DNA from: Verrucomicrobiota bacterium
Lineage (GTDB): Bacteria; Verrucomicrobiota; Verrucomicrobiia; Limisphaerales; JACDHS01
Direction: 5' to 3'
Length of the DNA: 64,000 nucleotides
Assembly: GCA_013820875.1 (NCBI GenBank)
Contig: JACDHS010000008.1
Location: 277 to 64,276 of the forward strand
Made by a program: the position numbers and the translations under genes. Below, piece after piece: positions 1 through 9,175 of the stretch. Numbering within the stretch: position 1 is the first letter of the stretch; every line of letters begins with the position of its first letter. The notes under the pieces were generated by a model. It was not told the DNA's origin, did no database searches, and worked only from the letters and a program-made list of their open reading frames with translations.

Positions 1-61
1 GGTTGGCGGAAGCGAGCCTTCTTTGGAGTTAAATTCCCTCGAAAATAAGGCGAAATGAAGA

Positions 62-136
62 TGGCTCCAGAGGTAGGGCTCGAACCTACAACCCCGCGGT
101 TAACAGCCGCGTGCTCTACCATTGAGCTACTCTGGA
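62..136 (-). tRNA. tRNA-Asn (GTT)
   Basis: Reverse complement TCCAGAGTAGCTCAATGGTAGAGCACGCGGCTGTTAACCGCGGGGTTGTAGGTTCGAGCCCTACCTCTGGAGCCA: D-arm, anticodon loop CTGTTAA, GTTCGAG T-loop, encoded CCA. Confidence 0.97.
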
Positions 137-464
137 ATCCGGTTTCCCCCGAAAGGGAGGCGTAATCTACAAATGAGATTTCCATGCGTCAACTGGTTTC
201 CTTGAAGTTTTCGCACGACCAACATATGATAGCCCGATCAAGCGCAGCGGAGCCCTCGGTTGCCTCCCTCAGCCCAGCCTCCTACCGGCTGAACTTTGAG
301 GATTAATCCTCGCGCCTTGAAGGGAAGCGAAGTCTATCGCGATTTGCTGGATTTGAGATTGCACGAGGCAAATCCCCTCTTTTGTTACCCCGGATTTCCT
401 CAAAACTGCCAAAAGTAAGGAAAACGGGCTGTTTATCCATTTTTTCGTTCTGTTTTAGAACCCT

Positions 465-801
465 GGTTGGCCAACTTGCCGTCAAAACAGAACGAAAAAG
501 TAGGTAGGTTGGCCAACGAGGTGTCTAAAACGGAACGAAAAAGTAGGTAGGTTGGCCAACGAGGTGTCTAAAACGGAACGAAAAAGTAGGTAGGTTGGCC
601 AACGAGGTGTCCAAAACAGAACGAAAAAGTAGGTAGGTTGGCCAACGAGGTGTCCAAAACAGAACGAAAAAACAGGTAGGTTGGCCAACGAGGTGTCCAA
701 AACAGAACGAAAAAACAGGTAGGTTGGCCAACGAGGTGTCCAAAACAGAACGAAAAAGTAGGTAGGTTGGCCAACCAGGTGTCTAAAACAGAACGAAAAA
801 G
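465..801. repeat. 43-bp tandem repeat array (7 full units plus partial) with GTTGGCCAAC palindrome
   Basis: Unit AAAACAGAACGAAAAAGTAGGTAGGTTGGCCAACGAGGTGTC(C/T) starts at 484, 527, 570, 613, 656, 699, 742, 785; an extra GGTTGGCCAAC at ~465. Confidence 0.97.
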
Positions 802-925
802 TTGCAATTCGCAATTTGAAGCGGAATCGAGTTCGTCTCGACACGAGGCTCCGCTACAGAGAGATTTCCTGTGAGTGATCGGCTATAGACTGAATGCCGA
901 CCACATTCTGATCTTCAAAATTTTT

Positions 926-1333
926 ATGGATAAAATACCAGTAACGGAGACTGCGGTGATCATCCGCACAGACTTTTCAGACGACCGACAATGGAGCAAC
1001 CTAAAGAGAATCGCGATGGATCCACCAGACCCGTTCCACGGCAATTTCGAATTTATTGAAAATAGCGCCTGTCAGGAAAAGGAACTGGAGGAGCTTCTCC
1101 AAATGTTGCCGAAGGACTATCCTCACCCTGTCCTCTTCGTGGCGGATGAGGAAGCGATGGCCGAAAAGGGTTTTCCTTGTCTCGTCGTTGATCTTTTGGA
1201 AACCAAAGGTCAGACATTCAGGGCGATCGCGCGGCAACTGGCTTCCATCGAAAACAACCTGAGCATCGCCAATATGGGCTTCGAGGAATTCGCGGATGCG
1301 GTGGATGCAGAAGGAGTATTTCGCGGGTTTTAA
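926..1333 (+). CDS. DUF6924-like conserved hypothetical protein
   Basis: Motifs IIRTDFSDDRQW and FRAIARQLASIENNLSIANMGFEEFADAVDAEGVFRGF typical of this family; ATG at 926 preferred over the track start. Confidence 0.7.
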   Translation: MDKIPVTETAVIIRTDFSDDRQWSNLKRIAMDPPDPFHGNFEFIENSACQEKELEELLQMLPKDYPHPVLFVADEEAMAEKGFPCLVVDLLETKGQTFRAIARQLASIENNLSIANMGFEEFADAVDAEGVFRGF

Positions 1334-1413
1334 AAAGCAGCTAACGCAGAGACTCGAGGTCACGGCGCGGCGAATCCTGCGTTAAGATCAAACTGCCGTC
1401 TTAAAAACAGAAA

Positions 1414-1437
1414 CCCTGCGGTTAAAAAACCGCAGGG
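1414..1437. terminator. Hairpin between convergent genes, likely bidirectional terminator
   Basis: CCCTGCGGTT-AAAA-AACCGCAGGG stem-loop between the 3' ends at 1333 (+) and 1466 (-). Confidence 0.5.
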
Positions 1438-1465
1438 GGTGTGACCGAAAAAAACCACCTGTTAC

Positions 1466-1876
1466 TTACCAGCGCACATAACCCGAGTGCCTCGTAGAGT
1501 GACCATGGCTGGGGCGGTGATGACTGTAGCCCGGATTGGAATGGCCATAACCGTGACGCGGATAGCTGTGGCCATAACCGCCGTGATACCTGGGTTGCAC
1601 AACCACCGTGGGAGGACAAACCGGTGCGTAAACTGGCTGCTGATAGACCGGTGCGTAAACTGGCTGCGGATAAACAGGTTGATAGACCGGCCGATAAACG
1701 GGTCGGTACACCGGCGCAGGCGCAACATACACTGGGGTCGCACAAACTGGCGCCGCATACACTGGGGCGTAATGCCGGTGAGAGTTGCCGAAGGAGACAC
1801 TGAATGCCACGCCGGCTTTTGAAGTTGCAACTCCAACACTGAGAACTGCCAGAGCTACTAATATTGTTTTTTTCAT
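1466..1876 (-). CDS. Secreted low-complexity Pro/Val/Tyr-repeat (PVY) protein with His/Gly tail
   Basis: Signal peptide MKKTILVALAVLSVGVATSKA, repeated PVYxxPVY, C-terminal HGYGHS repeats. Confidence 0.75.
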   Translation of the reverse strand: MKKTILVALAVLSVGVATSKAGVAFSVSFGNSHRHYAPVYAAPVCATPVYVAPAPVYRPVYRPVYQPVYPQPVYAPVYQQPVYAPVCPPTVVVQPRYHGGYGHSYPRHGYGHSNPGYSHHRPSHGHSTRHSGYVRW

Positions 1877-1938
1877 ACTTCGTTTTTGGTTCGGTTATCC
1901 GTTCCTTCAAGAATAGACGAAGCGACACTTTGATTTCT

Positions 1939-2952
1939 TCAAATGGATTCTTTCCCTGGAAAATATTTGCTGGTTTCGAAAAGGTTAAGTGCTGGCAGGC
2001 GCGACTTGAGTTGATCTGAGAGGGCTTTGACTTCGGTTCGGCTGCGCCGCGTCAGGAAAAAGTTTAAAAACCGGAACGGTGGTGTCACGAGATGGATTAA
2101 GTGATTCGTCTCGATCAGACCCGCATCGGTGATGTGGTAGAATGCGTAGCCGAAATCTCGAAGCATATCCGCGAAGGCTGGTTCTTGTTCAAACAACACT
2201 TCAACGATGAGGTCGGGCCGGTGCCTGGAGAGGGTCTGCTCTCCGCCATCGAAGAAGGCTTGTTCGTGGCCTTCAATGTCCACTTTGATAAAGGCTGACC
2301 CTGCGATTGGATTCTGTTCAATGTAATCATCCATCGAACAGGTCTGCACCTCGATGGAATCCGTCTGCACAGTGTAGTCGGGCTGGAAATTTTCTGTGAG
2401 CGAAGCGCTCATGTCGGATTCACTCAGGTGAAGGGTCGCGGAGCCAGTGCTGTCGGAGATGGCGTATGGTTCGCACCGGATGTTCTGCGCCTGGTTGACG
2501 GAAATGTTCTTCTGAAAAGTGGCGTAGTTTTTTGGATTTGGCTCAAAGCTGATGATCCGGAGGCGCGGGTGCAACGTTCCCAGTGCCAGTGAAAAAAAGC
2601 CGATGTTCGCTCCAATATCGAAAAAGGTTTCTCCCGTTTCCGCAAGGGTCTCCAGGAGCGAACGGGTAATCGGTTCATAAAAGTCGCCACCATGCCAAAA
2701 CAATTGGAAGCTCAGGTAATTGTCATCTGGCTTCGTGAGTTTGAACCCGGAACGGTTGCGGAACTGAATCGAAACAGCGCGATTCTGGAAGCAACCTTCG
2801 CTGGTGCGAATTCCGAGGCGGCGGAGGTATTGTTTGCTGCGGGGCAGTGCCTGGGCGATTTCCGAAGTGCATCTCCCAATGTTTTTCTTCAACAGTGCTT
2901 TCATGGTTGTGACAGGCGAGTGAACAAACGCCGCTTCCATTGAAACGAGCAA
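1939..2952 (-). CDS. FkbM family SAM-dependent methyltransferase
   Basis: FFDIGANIGFFS, SFEPNP and FIKVDIEGHE motifs. Confidence 0.9.
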   Translation of the reverse strand: MLVSMEAAFVHSPVTTMKALLKKNIGRCTSEIAQALPRSKQYLRRLGIRTSEGCFQNRAVSIQFRNRSGFKLTKPDDNYLSFQLFWHGGDFYEPITRSLLETLAETGETFFDIGANIGFFSLALGTLHPRLRIISFEPNPKNYATFQKNISVNQAQNIRCEPYAISDSTGSATLHLSESDMSASLTENFQPDYTVQTDSIEVQTCSMDDYIEQNPIAGSAFIKVDIEGHEQAFFDGGEQTLSRHRPDLIVEVLFEQEPAFADMLRDFGYAFYHITDAGLIETNHLIHLVTPPFRFLNFFLTRRSRTEVKALSDQLKSRLPALNLFETSKYFPGKESI

Positions 2953-3265
2953 ATGGTCTTGGTTTTTTCTTCGCCATTCTCCACCTGTAGAACAGGTCTG
3001 CGATCGGGGAAAGTTAAACGCTACCCGATTGCGCTTTAGTGGGATTGAGTAATCTGGAGCGAGAGCAGACCTCTCTGCTATCGGGTTTTACAGCTTTGCG
3101 GCTGTTCTAAAAATGAAAGCGAAACACTTCTTATTATAATCGCGAGACATCATTGTAATGCGCCCGTTGTTCTTTGTTGTATATCGTAAGCACGAAGGAC
3201 AGATTCATGCGTTGGACTACGATGAAAACTAAATTTCCATTTCCAGTGGCGGCTATCTCGACACC

Positions 3266-3793
3266 ATGAAACTGAAATCTGCAACCGTGTGGTGGCTGGT
3301 GGCTCGAGGATTGTTGGCGCTGCATGCGCTTTTTGCTTTTATCGCGTGGTTCAATCTTCCTGAGCGCATCCCGACCCACTTTGGCATGGGAGGCGAGGCT
3401 GATGCCTGGAGCGGTCGTTCATTATGGACATGGTTTATGTTTGTCGCGATTTCACTCGGGTTTCATCTGTTGTTTTCTTTGCTCATCCTGCCTGGCGCTC
3501 TCCGTTTTTGGAACATCCCGGAAAAGGAACGATTTCTCCGGCTCACTCCTGAGCAGCAGAGGCCTGTTGTGGAACTGAAGCGTTCTTTCGCTGGCGCTGC
3601 GACGGTCTGCCTCACGGTGGTGATGTTGGCGTTGCAGATCGGGATTTATTTGACGGCGCAAGGTCATACCAAAGGGCTGCCCTGGTACATTCAGATTGCG
3701 CTGTTCGGCCCGGCGATTGGTTTAGTCATCGGAGTATTTTTTTGGATGAACGCCATGGAGCGTGTCATTGTAAAGGCATCTAGCTCGGAATAG
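3266..3793 (+). CDS. DUF1648 (SdpI-like) membrane protein
   Basis: LPERIPTHFGMGGEADAW motif with four hydrophobic segments. Confidence 0.8.
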   Translation: MKLKSATVWWLVARGLLALHALFAFIAWFNLPERIPTHFGMGGEADAWSGRSLWTWFMFVAISLGFHLLFSLLILPGALRFWNIPEKERFLRLTPEQQRPVVELKRSFAGAATVCLTVVMLALQIGIYLTAQGHTKGLPWYIQIALFGPAIGLVIGVFFWMNAMERVIVKASSSE

Positions 3794-3817
3794 TTCTGAA
3801 CACTGAATACTTTTTCC

Positions 3818-5299
3818 ATGTTCCCCGTAATCCTCAGCATCGACCTGGGCACAACCGGGAATCGCGCGATTATTTTCGATCGTGAAACGAACGTCGTGGC
3901 GGCGAGTTACCGTGAGTTCAAACAAATCTTCCCTCAGCCAGGCTGGGTGGAACACGACGCCGCAGAGATTTGGGCCAGCACACGCCGGGTCATTGCCGAA
4001 GCTGTGCAGCAGGTCGATCCAAAACGTATTGTCGCGATTGGTTTAACCAACCAGCGCGAAACCGTTGTCGCATGGAACCCAAAAACCGGCGAGCCAATCC
4101 ACAACGCAATCGTCTGGCAGGACCGGCGAACGTCCGCCCGTTGCGCAGAACTGAAGCGCGCGGGCATTGAGAAGGAAATCCGCGACCGAACCGGTCTGCT
4201 CGCCGATCCCTATTTCTCCGCCACCAAGATTGAATGGCTTCTCCAGAATGTTCCCGGTGCGAAAGACGCCATCTTCGGCACGATTGATTCCTGGATTCTT
4301 TGGAACCTCAGCGGGGGCAAAGTGCATGCCACTGACGTGAGCAATGCTTCGCGCACGATGCTGTTCAACTTGGAAACCTGCGATTGGGATGATCGGTTGC
4401 TCGATTTGTTTGGGGTTTCTCGATCGAGTTTGCCGGAGGTTCACGCCAGTTCCGGGGAGATCGCCGCGTTGGATCCGGAGTTGTTCGGGTTTTCCGCGCC
4501 TATCTGTGGTGTCGTCGGCGACCAGCAAGGATCCATGTTTGCGCAGGGATGTTATGAGCCGGGGATCGTCAAGAACACCTATGGCACTGGATTGTTCATG
4601 ATGATGAATACCGGCGCAGCGCGACCGATTGAGGAAGGGCTGCTCACGACTGTCGCATGGAAAATCGGGGGCGCCGTCGAATACGCCATCGAAGGGAGCG
4701 TGTTCACCGGCGGCGCCGCCATTCAATGGTTGCGCGATCAGTTGGGGATTGTGAAATCCGCGTCTGAAACGGAAGCGCTCGCTGCCAGTCTTGCGAGCAA
4801 TGAAGACGTCTATTTTGTCCCGGCATTGACCGGCCTGGGAGCGCCTCACTGGGATCCGGAAGCGCGCGGCACAATCATAGGGATTACTCGAGCGACCCGC
4901 CGCGCGCATCTCGCTCGCGCAGTGCTGGAAGCCATCGCCTATCAAACGCGCGATTTGACCGACCTGATGTGTCGAGCCACCGGCGCGCGTCTCCGCAAGT
5001 TGCAGGTGGACGGTGGCGCGTGTGCCAATAATTTCCTGATGCAGTTCCAATCGGATGTGCTCGATGCCCCGGTGGAGCGTCCGAAGATTATTGAAACGAC
5101 TGCCCTGGGAGCCGCGGGGCTGGCTGGTTTGGCGGCCGGGCTCTGGCCAAACCGAGAAGAGTTCATGAGACATCGGCGGGTGGAACGAACGTTCGAGCCG
5201 CACATGGATTCAGTAGAGCGCGACCGACTTTTTGCGAGATGGCAGAATGCCGTGCAACGCTCCCGCCATTGGGCCAGCGATCCAGCGCCAGGGATGTAG
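3818..5299 (+). CDS. glpK: Glycerol kinase
   Basis: IDLGTTGNRAI, GLTNQRETVVAW, IVWQDRRT, TDVSNASRTML, GDQQ, KNTYGTG, DGGACANNFLMQFQSD motifs. Confidence 0.96.
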   Translation: MFPVILSIDLGTTGNRAIIFDRETNVVAASYREFKQIFPQPGWVEHDAAEIWASTRRVIAEAVQQVDPKRIVAIGLTNQRETVVAWNPKTGEPIHNAIVWQDRRTSARCAELKRAGIEKEIRDRTGLLADPYFSATKIEWLLQNVPGAKDAIFGTIDSWILWNLSGGKVHATDVSNASRTMLFNLETCDWDDRLLDLFGVSRSSLPEVHASSGEIAALDPELFGFSAPICGVVGDQQGSMFAQGCYEPGIVKNTYGTGLFMMMNTGAARPIEEGLLTTVAWKIGGAVEYAIEGSVFTGGAAIQWLRDQLGIVKSASETEALAASLASNEDVYFVPALTGLGAPHWDPEARGTIIGITRATRRAHLARAVLEAIAYQTRDLTDLMCRATGARLRKLQVDGGACANNFLMQFQSDVLDAPVERPKIIETTALGAAGLAGLAAGLWPNREEFMRHRRVERTFEPHMDSVERDRLFARWQNAVQRSRHWASDPAPGM

Positions 5300-5706
5300 C
5301 CATGACCCTTTGGTCAGGACAACACTTGGAAGAAATCTCTACTTCAACCTGAGTGTAATCGTGGTTGCTGCACCGATGTTCTGTAAACCTTCCAACTTCT
5401 AACCTCAATGCACTGAATTAAACCACCCACTGTATGAGTAACAAGACTAACGAAAAGATGGAATGCACCGAAATGAACTTTATTGGCAATCGCCTGGCCA
5501 GTTGCCTTGACCTGGTTGGCCCGGATAAGAAAACCATTCGCGATAAATATCTCGTTGGCGATCCGCGCGATTGTCCGTTCGGATCTTCCGATGAAATGAA
5601 GCGGCGCGGTTTCGTTGGTATCTACGAAAAACAAACCGCCCATAGGATCTCCGGACCGAAGCTCAGTTTCCTCTTGAAAAAAGCCACCGCTGAATGGTGA
5701 GCGGCA

Positions 5707-5770
5707 GGGGGACAGTGTTCAGTATTCAGTTTTTTGACGTCTGAATACTGAACACTGAATACTGTCCCCC
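5707..5770. repeat. Intergenic imperfect inverted repeat (REP-like, CTGAATACTGAACACTG motif)
   Basis: GGGGACAGTGTTCAGTATTCAG...CTGAATACTGAACACTGAATACTGTCCCC; the same CTGAACACTGAATACT occurs at 3796-3811. Confidence 0.75.
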
Positions 5771-5831
5771 CTTGTTTCCCTGACGGTGCTTTCATAGTCG
5801 CGCCGTTACGGTTTCGGCGCGAGCTTTCAGC

Positions 5832-6665
5832 ATGCGAGCGATTTGGAAAGGTTCCATCAGTTTCGGGCTCGTTAATATCCCGGTAGGCCTCTACTCCGCC
5901 ACACGGCCCAGCAGCCAAATCAAATTGCGCATGCTGCGTAAAGGCGATCTCAGCCCGATCAAATACAAACGAGTGGCTGAAACCGACGACAAGGAAGTCG
6001 CCTGGGAAGAAATCATCAAAGGTTACGAATACGACAAAGACCAATTCATCGAAATCACCGAGGAAGATTTCCAGCGGGTGAATGTGGACGCCACCCAGAC
6101 TGTGGATATCAAAGAGTTTGTCGAACTGGATGAGATCGACCCGATGTTTTTCGATCAACCTTACTTTCTCGCGCCGGAAAAGGGGGGCGACAAAGCTTAC
6201 ACGTTACTCCGCGAGGCCCTCGCCAAAAGCGGGAGGGTTGGCATTGCCAAAGTCGTCATCAAAACCCGCGAACATCTCGCTGCGGTCAAACCCCTGGGCA
6301 AAGCGCTCGTCCTCGAATTGATGCACTTCGCCGAAGAACTTGCCGATCCGCAGGAGTTAAAACTGCCCGATGGCGAAGTCGGCAAAAAAGAACTCGTAAT
6401 GGCTGAGTCGCTCATTGAGCAGATGAGCGACAAATGGGATGCGCAAAAATATAAGGACGAATACCGCGATCAACTCGTGAAGTTGATTGAAGAAAAAATC
6501 AGCGCCGGTGGCGTAGTGACCGCCCCCCAGGCGAAAGCCCGCAAACCGACCAATGTTGTTGACCTGGTTTCAGTCCTGCAAGAGAGCTTGAATCAGACCA
6601 CCAAAAGCAAAGAAAAGAAGCCAGCCAAAGCACCCGGCAAAAAAACGAAGCGCAAAGCGGCGTGA
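5832..6665 (+). CDS. ku: Non-homologous end-joining protein Ku
   Basis: MRAIWKGSISFGLVNIPVGLYSA N-terminus, IDPMFFDQPYFLAP, VVDLVSVLQESL and a basic C-terminal tail. Confidence 0.96.
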   Translation: MRAIWKGSISFGLVNIPVGLYSATRPSSQIKLRMLRKGDLSPIKYKRVAETDDKEVAWEEIIKGYEYDKDQFIEITEEDFQRVNVDATQTVDIKEFVELDEIDPMFFDQPYFLAPEKGGDKAYTLLREALAKSGRVGIAKVVIKTREHLAAVKPLGKALVLELMHFAEELADPQELKLPDGEVGKKELVMAESLIEQMSDKWDAQKYKDEYRDQLVKLIEEKISAGGVVTAPQAKARKPTNVVDLVSVLQESLNQTTKSKEKKPAKAPGKKTKRKAA

Positions 6666-6688
6666 TTGCGGTTCCTCAGGGAGTGCAA

Positions 6689-6720
6689 ACCGCTAATCTG
6701 CGCTAACGAACGCTAATCCC
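6689..6720. repeat. ACCGCTAATC-type short-period REP-like motif
   Basis: ACCGCTAATCTGCGCTAACGAACGCTAATC; related copies at ~23696, ~23805-23835 (inverted) and ~51076. Confidence 0.65.
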
Positions 6721-6935
6721 GGGAGATTGCGGAAGATGTCGAACGATAGCTCCTCTAATCTCCGCAAAAACGTCTCAGATCAGGCCCTTGGCTCACACTT
6801 GGTGAGAAAGCGCTTGCTCCTGTCCAAACAGCCAAGGCAGCATTGTTTTAGCCAATGGATGCCCAGTTGACCGTCCAATGTTATCGTTCACTACGAATCG
6901 CCCGGGACACCAGGCTGCCGGATCATTTTATTTGA

Positions 6936-7949
6936 ATGAAAGACAATCTGCCCATCATTGATATGCACGTGCATATCGTCGGCAACGGAAGTGGCGGCAC
7001 AGGCTGCTGGGTGCGGGCGTCGAGGACACGTCGGCTACTGCAAACCTTCATGTGTCGGCACATCGGCTTGAAGGGGAGTGACCTTGAAGGAGATTTGGAC
7101 CGGCTTTACATCGAGGAACTTCTCAAGCAGGTGCTTGGTTCATCGTTGGATGCCATCGTGATTTTGGCGATGGAGCGAGTTTACGATTCGCAAGGAAAGT
7201 GCCTGGAGGATCACGGAACCAGCTATGTGCCAAACGATTATGTCCTCGCGCTGGCCCGGAAGCATCCGGAGTTTTTGCCTGCCGTCTCGATTCACCCGGC
7301 TCGCCCGGATGCCTTGGAGGAGCTGGAACGGTGTATTGCCGAAGGCGCAGTGATGATGAAGTGTCTGCCTTCGGTTCAGAACATTGATTGTCGCGATCGT
7401 CGTTACACGAAATTTTGGGAGCGGATGGCTGAAGCGGGCTTGCCGTTGCTGTCACACACCGGCACGGAGTTCACGCTGGAGGTGATTCGTCCCGAGTTCG
7501 CAGATCCCGCCATTCTTTCCTGGCCCCTTGAGTGTGGCGTCACGGTGATCGCGGCGCATTGTGCGACCAGGTGCGGATTGTTTGACCGGCAATTCTTTCA
7601 TGCCTTCTCCGAAATGACCCGCAGGTATCCTCGTCTATATGGAGACGTCAGCGCGTTCAATACCCCGATGCGCGGCAGCGTGGTTCCGGCTTGCCTGGAA
7701 GAACCGCTTTTGTCTCGCCTCGTTCATGGCAGCGATTACCCGGTTCCGGTTTTTGGCCATTGGGCCTGGATGCGCGATTTGATTGATTGGGAGGTTTTTC
7801 GAAAATGGGAACGCCAATCGAATGTTCTGGAACGTGATTATCAGATCAAACGAGCGATGGGTTTTCCGCCTGAAACATTTACCCGCATTAACGGTCTCCT
7901 GCCTGCGAAGGCTCCCCGACAGGCTGGCGCAGTTATTTCAAAACCCTGA
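6936..7949 (+). CDS. Amidohydrolase family (amidohydrolase_2-like) protein
   Basis: IIDMHVH, LLSHTG, VIAAHC and HGSDYP metal-binding motifs. Confidence 0.9.
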   Translation: MKDNLPIIDMHVHIVGNGSGGTGCWVRASRTRRLLQTFMCRHIGLKGSDLEGDLDRLYIEELLKQVLGSSLDAIVILAMERVYDSQGKCLEDHGTSYVPNDYVLALARKHPEFLPAVSIHPARPDALEELERCIAEGAVMMKCLPSVQNIDCRDRRYTKFWERMAEAGLPLLSHTGTEFTLEVIRPEFADPAILSWPLECGVTVIAAHCATRCGLFDRQFFHAFSEMTRRYPRLYGDVSAFNTPMRGSVVPACLEEPLLSRLVHGSDYPVPVFGHWAWMRDLIDWEVFRKWERQSNVLERDYQIKRAMGFPPETFTRINGLLPAKAPRQAGAVISKP

Positions 7950-7999
7950 CAGGCAAACGAGTTGCGTCTGGAGGTTTTGCCATCTTTCTCCAGGAATGG

Positions 8000-8242
8000 T
8001 CACTGACCTGCCGCTTCCGCCGCGCGGAATTCCACGACATGGATGTTCGGCGCTTTCGCTCGTCTGGCGGTCAGCTCAGTTTGTAATTGGGCGAGGTTCT
8101 TCACCTTCTTTTGCAACTCGATGAGGGCGGCCTTGGCTTGGATGTAATCGAAAGTTTCTGATGACGTGATCAATCGTTCCACCATCTGGCGGGTTTCGCT
8201 GATGTTGCGCAGGGCAATGTCAATGGGATCTGAGTTCTTCAA
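8000..8242 (-). CDS. Small coiled-coil hypothetical protein
   Basis: 80-aa ORF with amphipathic helical pattern filling an intergenic gap; TTG start. Confidence 0.55.
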   Translation of the reverse strand: MKNSDPIDIALRNISETRQMVERLITSSETFDYIQAKAALIELQKKVKNLAQLQTELTARRAKAPNIHVVEFRAAEAAGQ

Positions 8243-8331
8243 AAGCAGGAATTATATATCGGCTTTGTCGCAGTCGCTCAAATCAAAAAGAAAGGAGTGG
8301 AAGGGTTGAATTGGTTGGGAAGTGTCCGCAT

Positions 8332-8984
8332 GCGGAACATCAAATTGGAATCCGGAGCGTTTTCACCATGCAACAATGCAACAATTCACTCCAGATGTTT
8401 GAACTCCACGCGCAGGTCGTTTGCGTCGCAATGCAGGATGGCGACGACTCGCGGATCGTTGAAACGCTTTTTGCCGGCGGAACCGGGATTCAGGAAGAGG
8501 GTCTTGCCGATCATCTGGTTGAAGGGCTTGTGGGTATGGCCGAAAACAACGACGTCGGGTTTGGCAAGAAGGAGCCTGCGCTGGAACGTTTCTGAAGGAT
8601 TATGAATATCCACGATGTGATGGATCATGAATTTGCGCCCGGCGAGTTCGATGACTTCGGTTTCGCGTAACGGCAGGCCATCATCGGTGTTGCCATAGAC
8701 GGCAGTCACCGGCGCGATCTGCTCTAATTCAACGATGATATTGGATCGGCCGACATCGCCCGCATGAAGGATGTGATCCACACCGGCGAAAAGTTTTTCG
8801 ACCTGCGGATCAAACCAATTGTGCGTATCAGAAATGACGCCGATCTTCATGTAGCTGGACATGAATCCAAGTAAAGACGGAGAGAGACGTGAATTGCACG
8901 AATTTTCACGAATGGGGAAAGGAGGGTTACATGGATGAATGGTTGCATGGTGAAAACGCTCCGGATTCCAATTTGATGTTCCGC
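8332..8984. repeat. Perfect 43-bp inverted repeat pair (8332-8374 / 8942-8984) bracketing one gene
   Basis: GCGGAACATCAAATTGGAATCCGGAGCGTTTTCACCATGCAAC and its exact reverse complement; imperfect homology extends outward (GTTGGGAAG at ~8314 / ~9003). Confidence 0.9.
8386..8850 (-). CDS. Metallophosphoesterase (YfcE/MJ0936 family)
   Basis: MKIGVISDTHN, HAGDVG, GNTD, FGHTHKP, LNPGS calcineurin-like motifs; start reassigned to ATG 8850. Confidence 0.92.
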   Translation of the reverse strand: MKIGVISDTHNWFDPQVEKLFAGVDHILHAGDVGRSNIIVELEQIAPVTAVYGNTDDGLPLRETEVIELAGRKFMIHHIVDIHNPSETFQRRLLLAKPDVVVFGHTHKPFNQMIGKTLFLNPGSAGKKRFNDPRVVAILHCDANDLRVEFKHLE

Positions 8985-9175
8985 CTTGCAGGCGCTTCCC
9001 AACTGTGCCAGCCATTGAACTATGTAACTCCTCCTTTCTCCATTCGTGAGAATTCCTGTAATTCGTGTCTTAATTAACACCCCTTTTCCGATGCAAACTT
9101 TGCTTCCGCGAATTATGATGCATCTGCCTTGGTTTGAATATTGGCAGTGCGCGCAGTGTCCAAGGCTTGTCTTTT

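Noticed and set aside
62-136. tRNA-Asn as an integration site
   Set aside because: No duplicated tRNA 3' fragment found by eye in the window; its 3' side lies mostly outside the window.
482-844. Three repetitive ORFs over the 43-bp array
   Set aside because: Translation artefacts of a repeat whose unit is not a multiple of 3.
4043-5203. Long antisense ORFs (also 14137-14904, 28148-28939, 35049-36092, 43428-44501, 53734-54612, 62125-62868)
   Set aside because: Shadows of well-supported genes on the opposite strand, with no motifs of their own.
5434-5700. 88-aa ORF between glpK and ku
   Set aside because: No recognisable motif or clear RBS; it may be real but cannot be supported.
5832-6665. 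Ku without an adjacent LigD
   Set aside because: ligD is often elsewhere in the genome; cannot be judged from one window.
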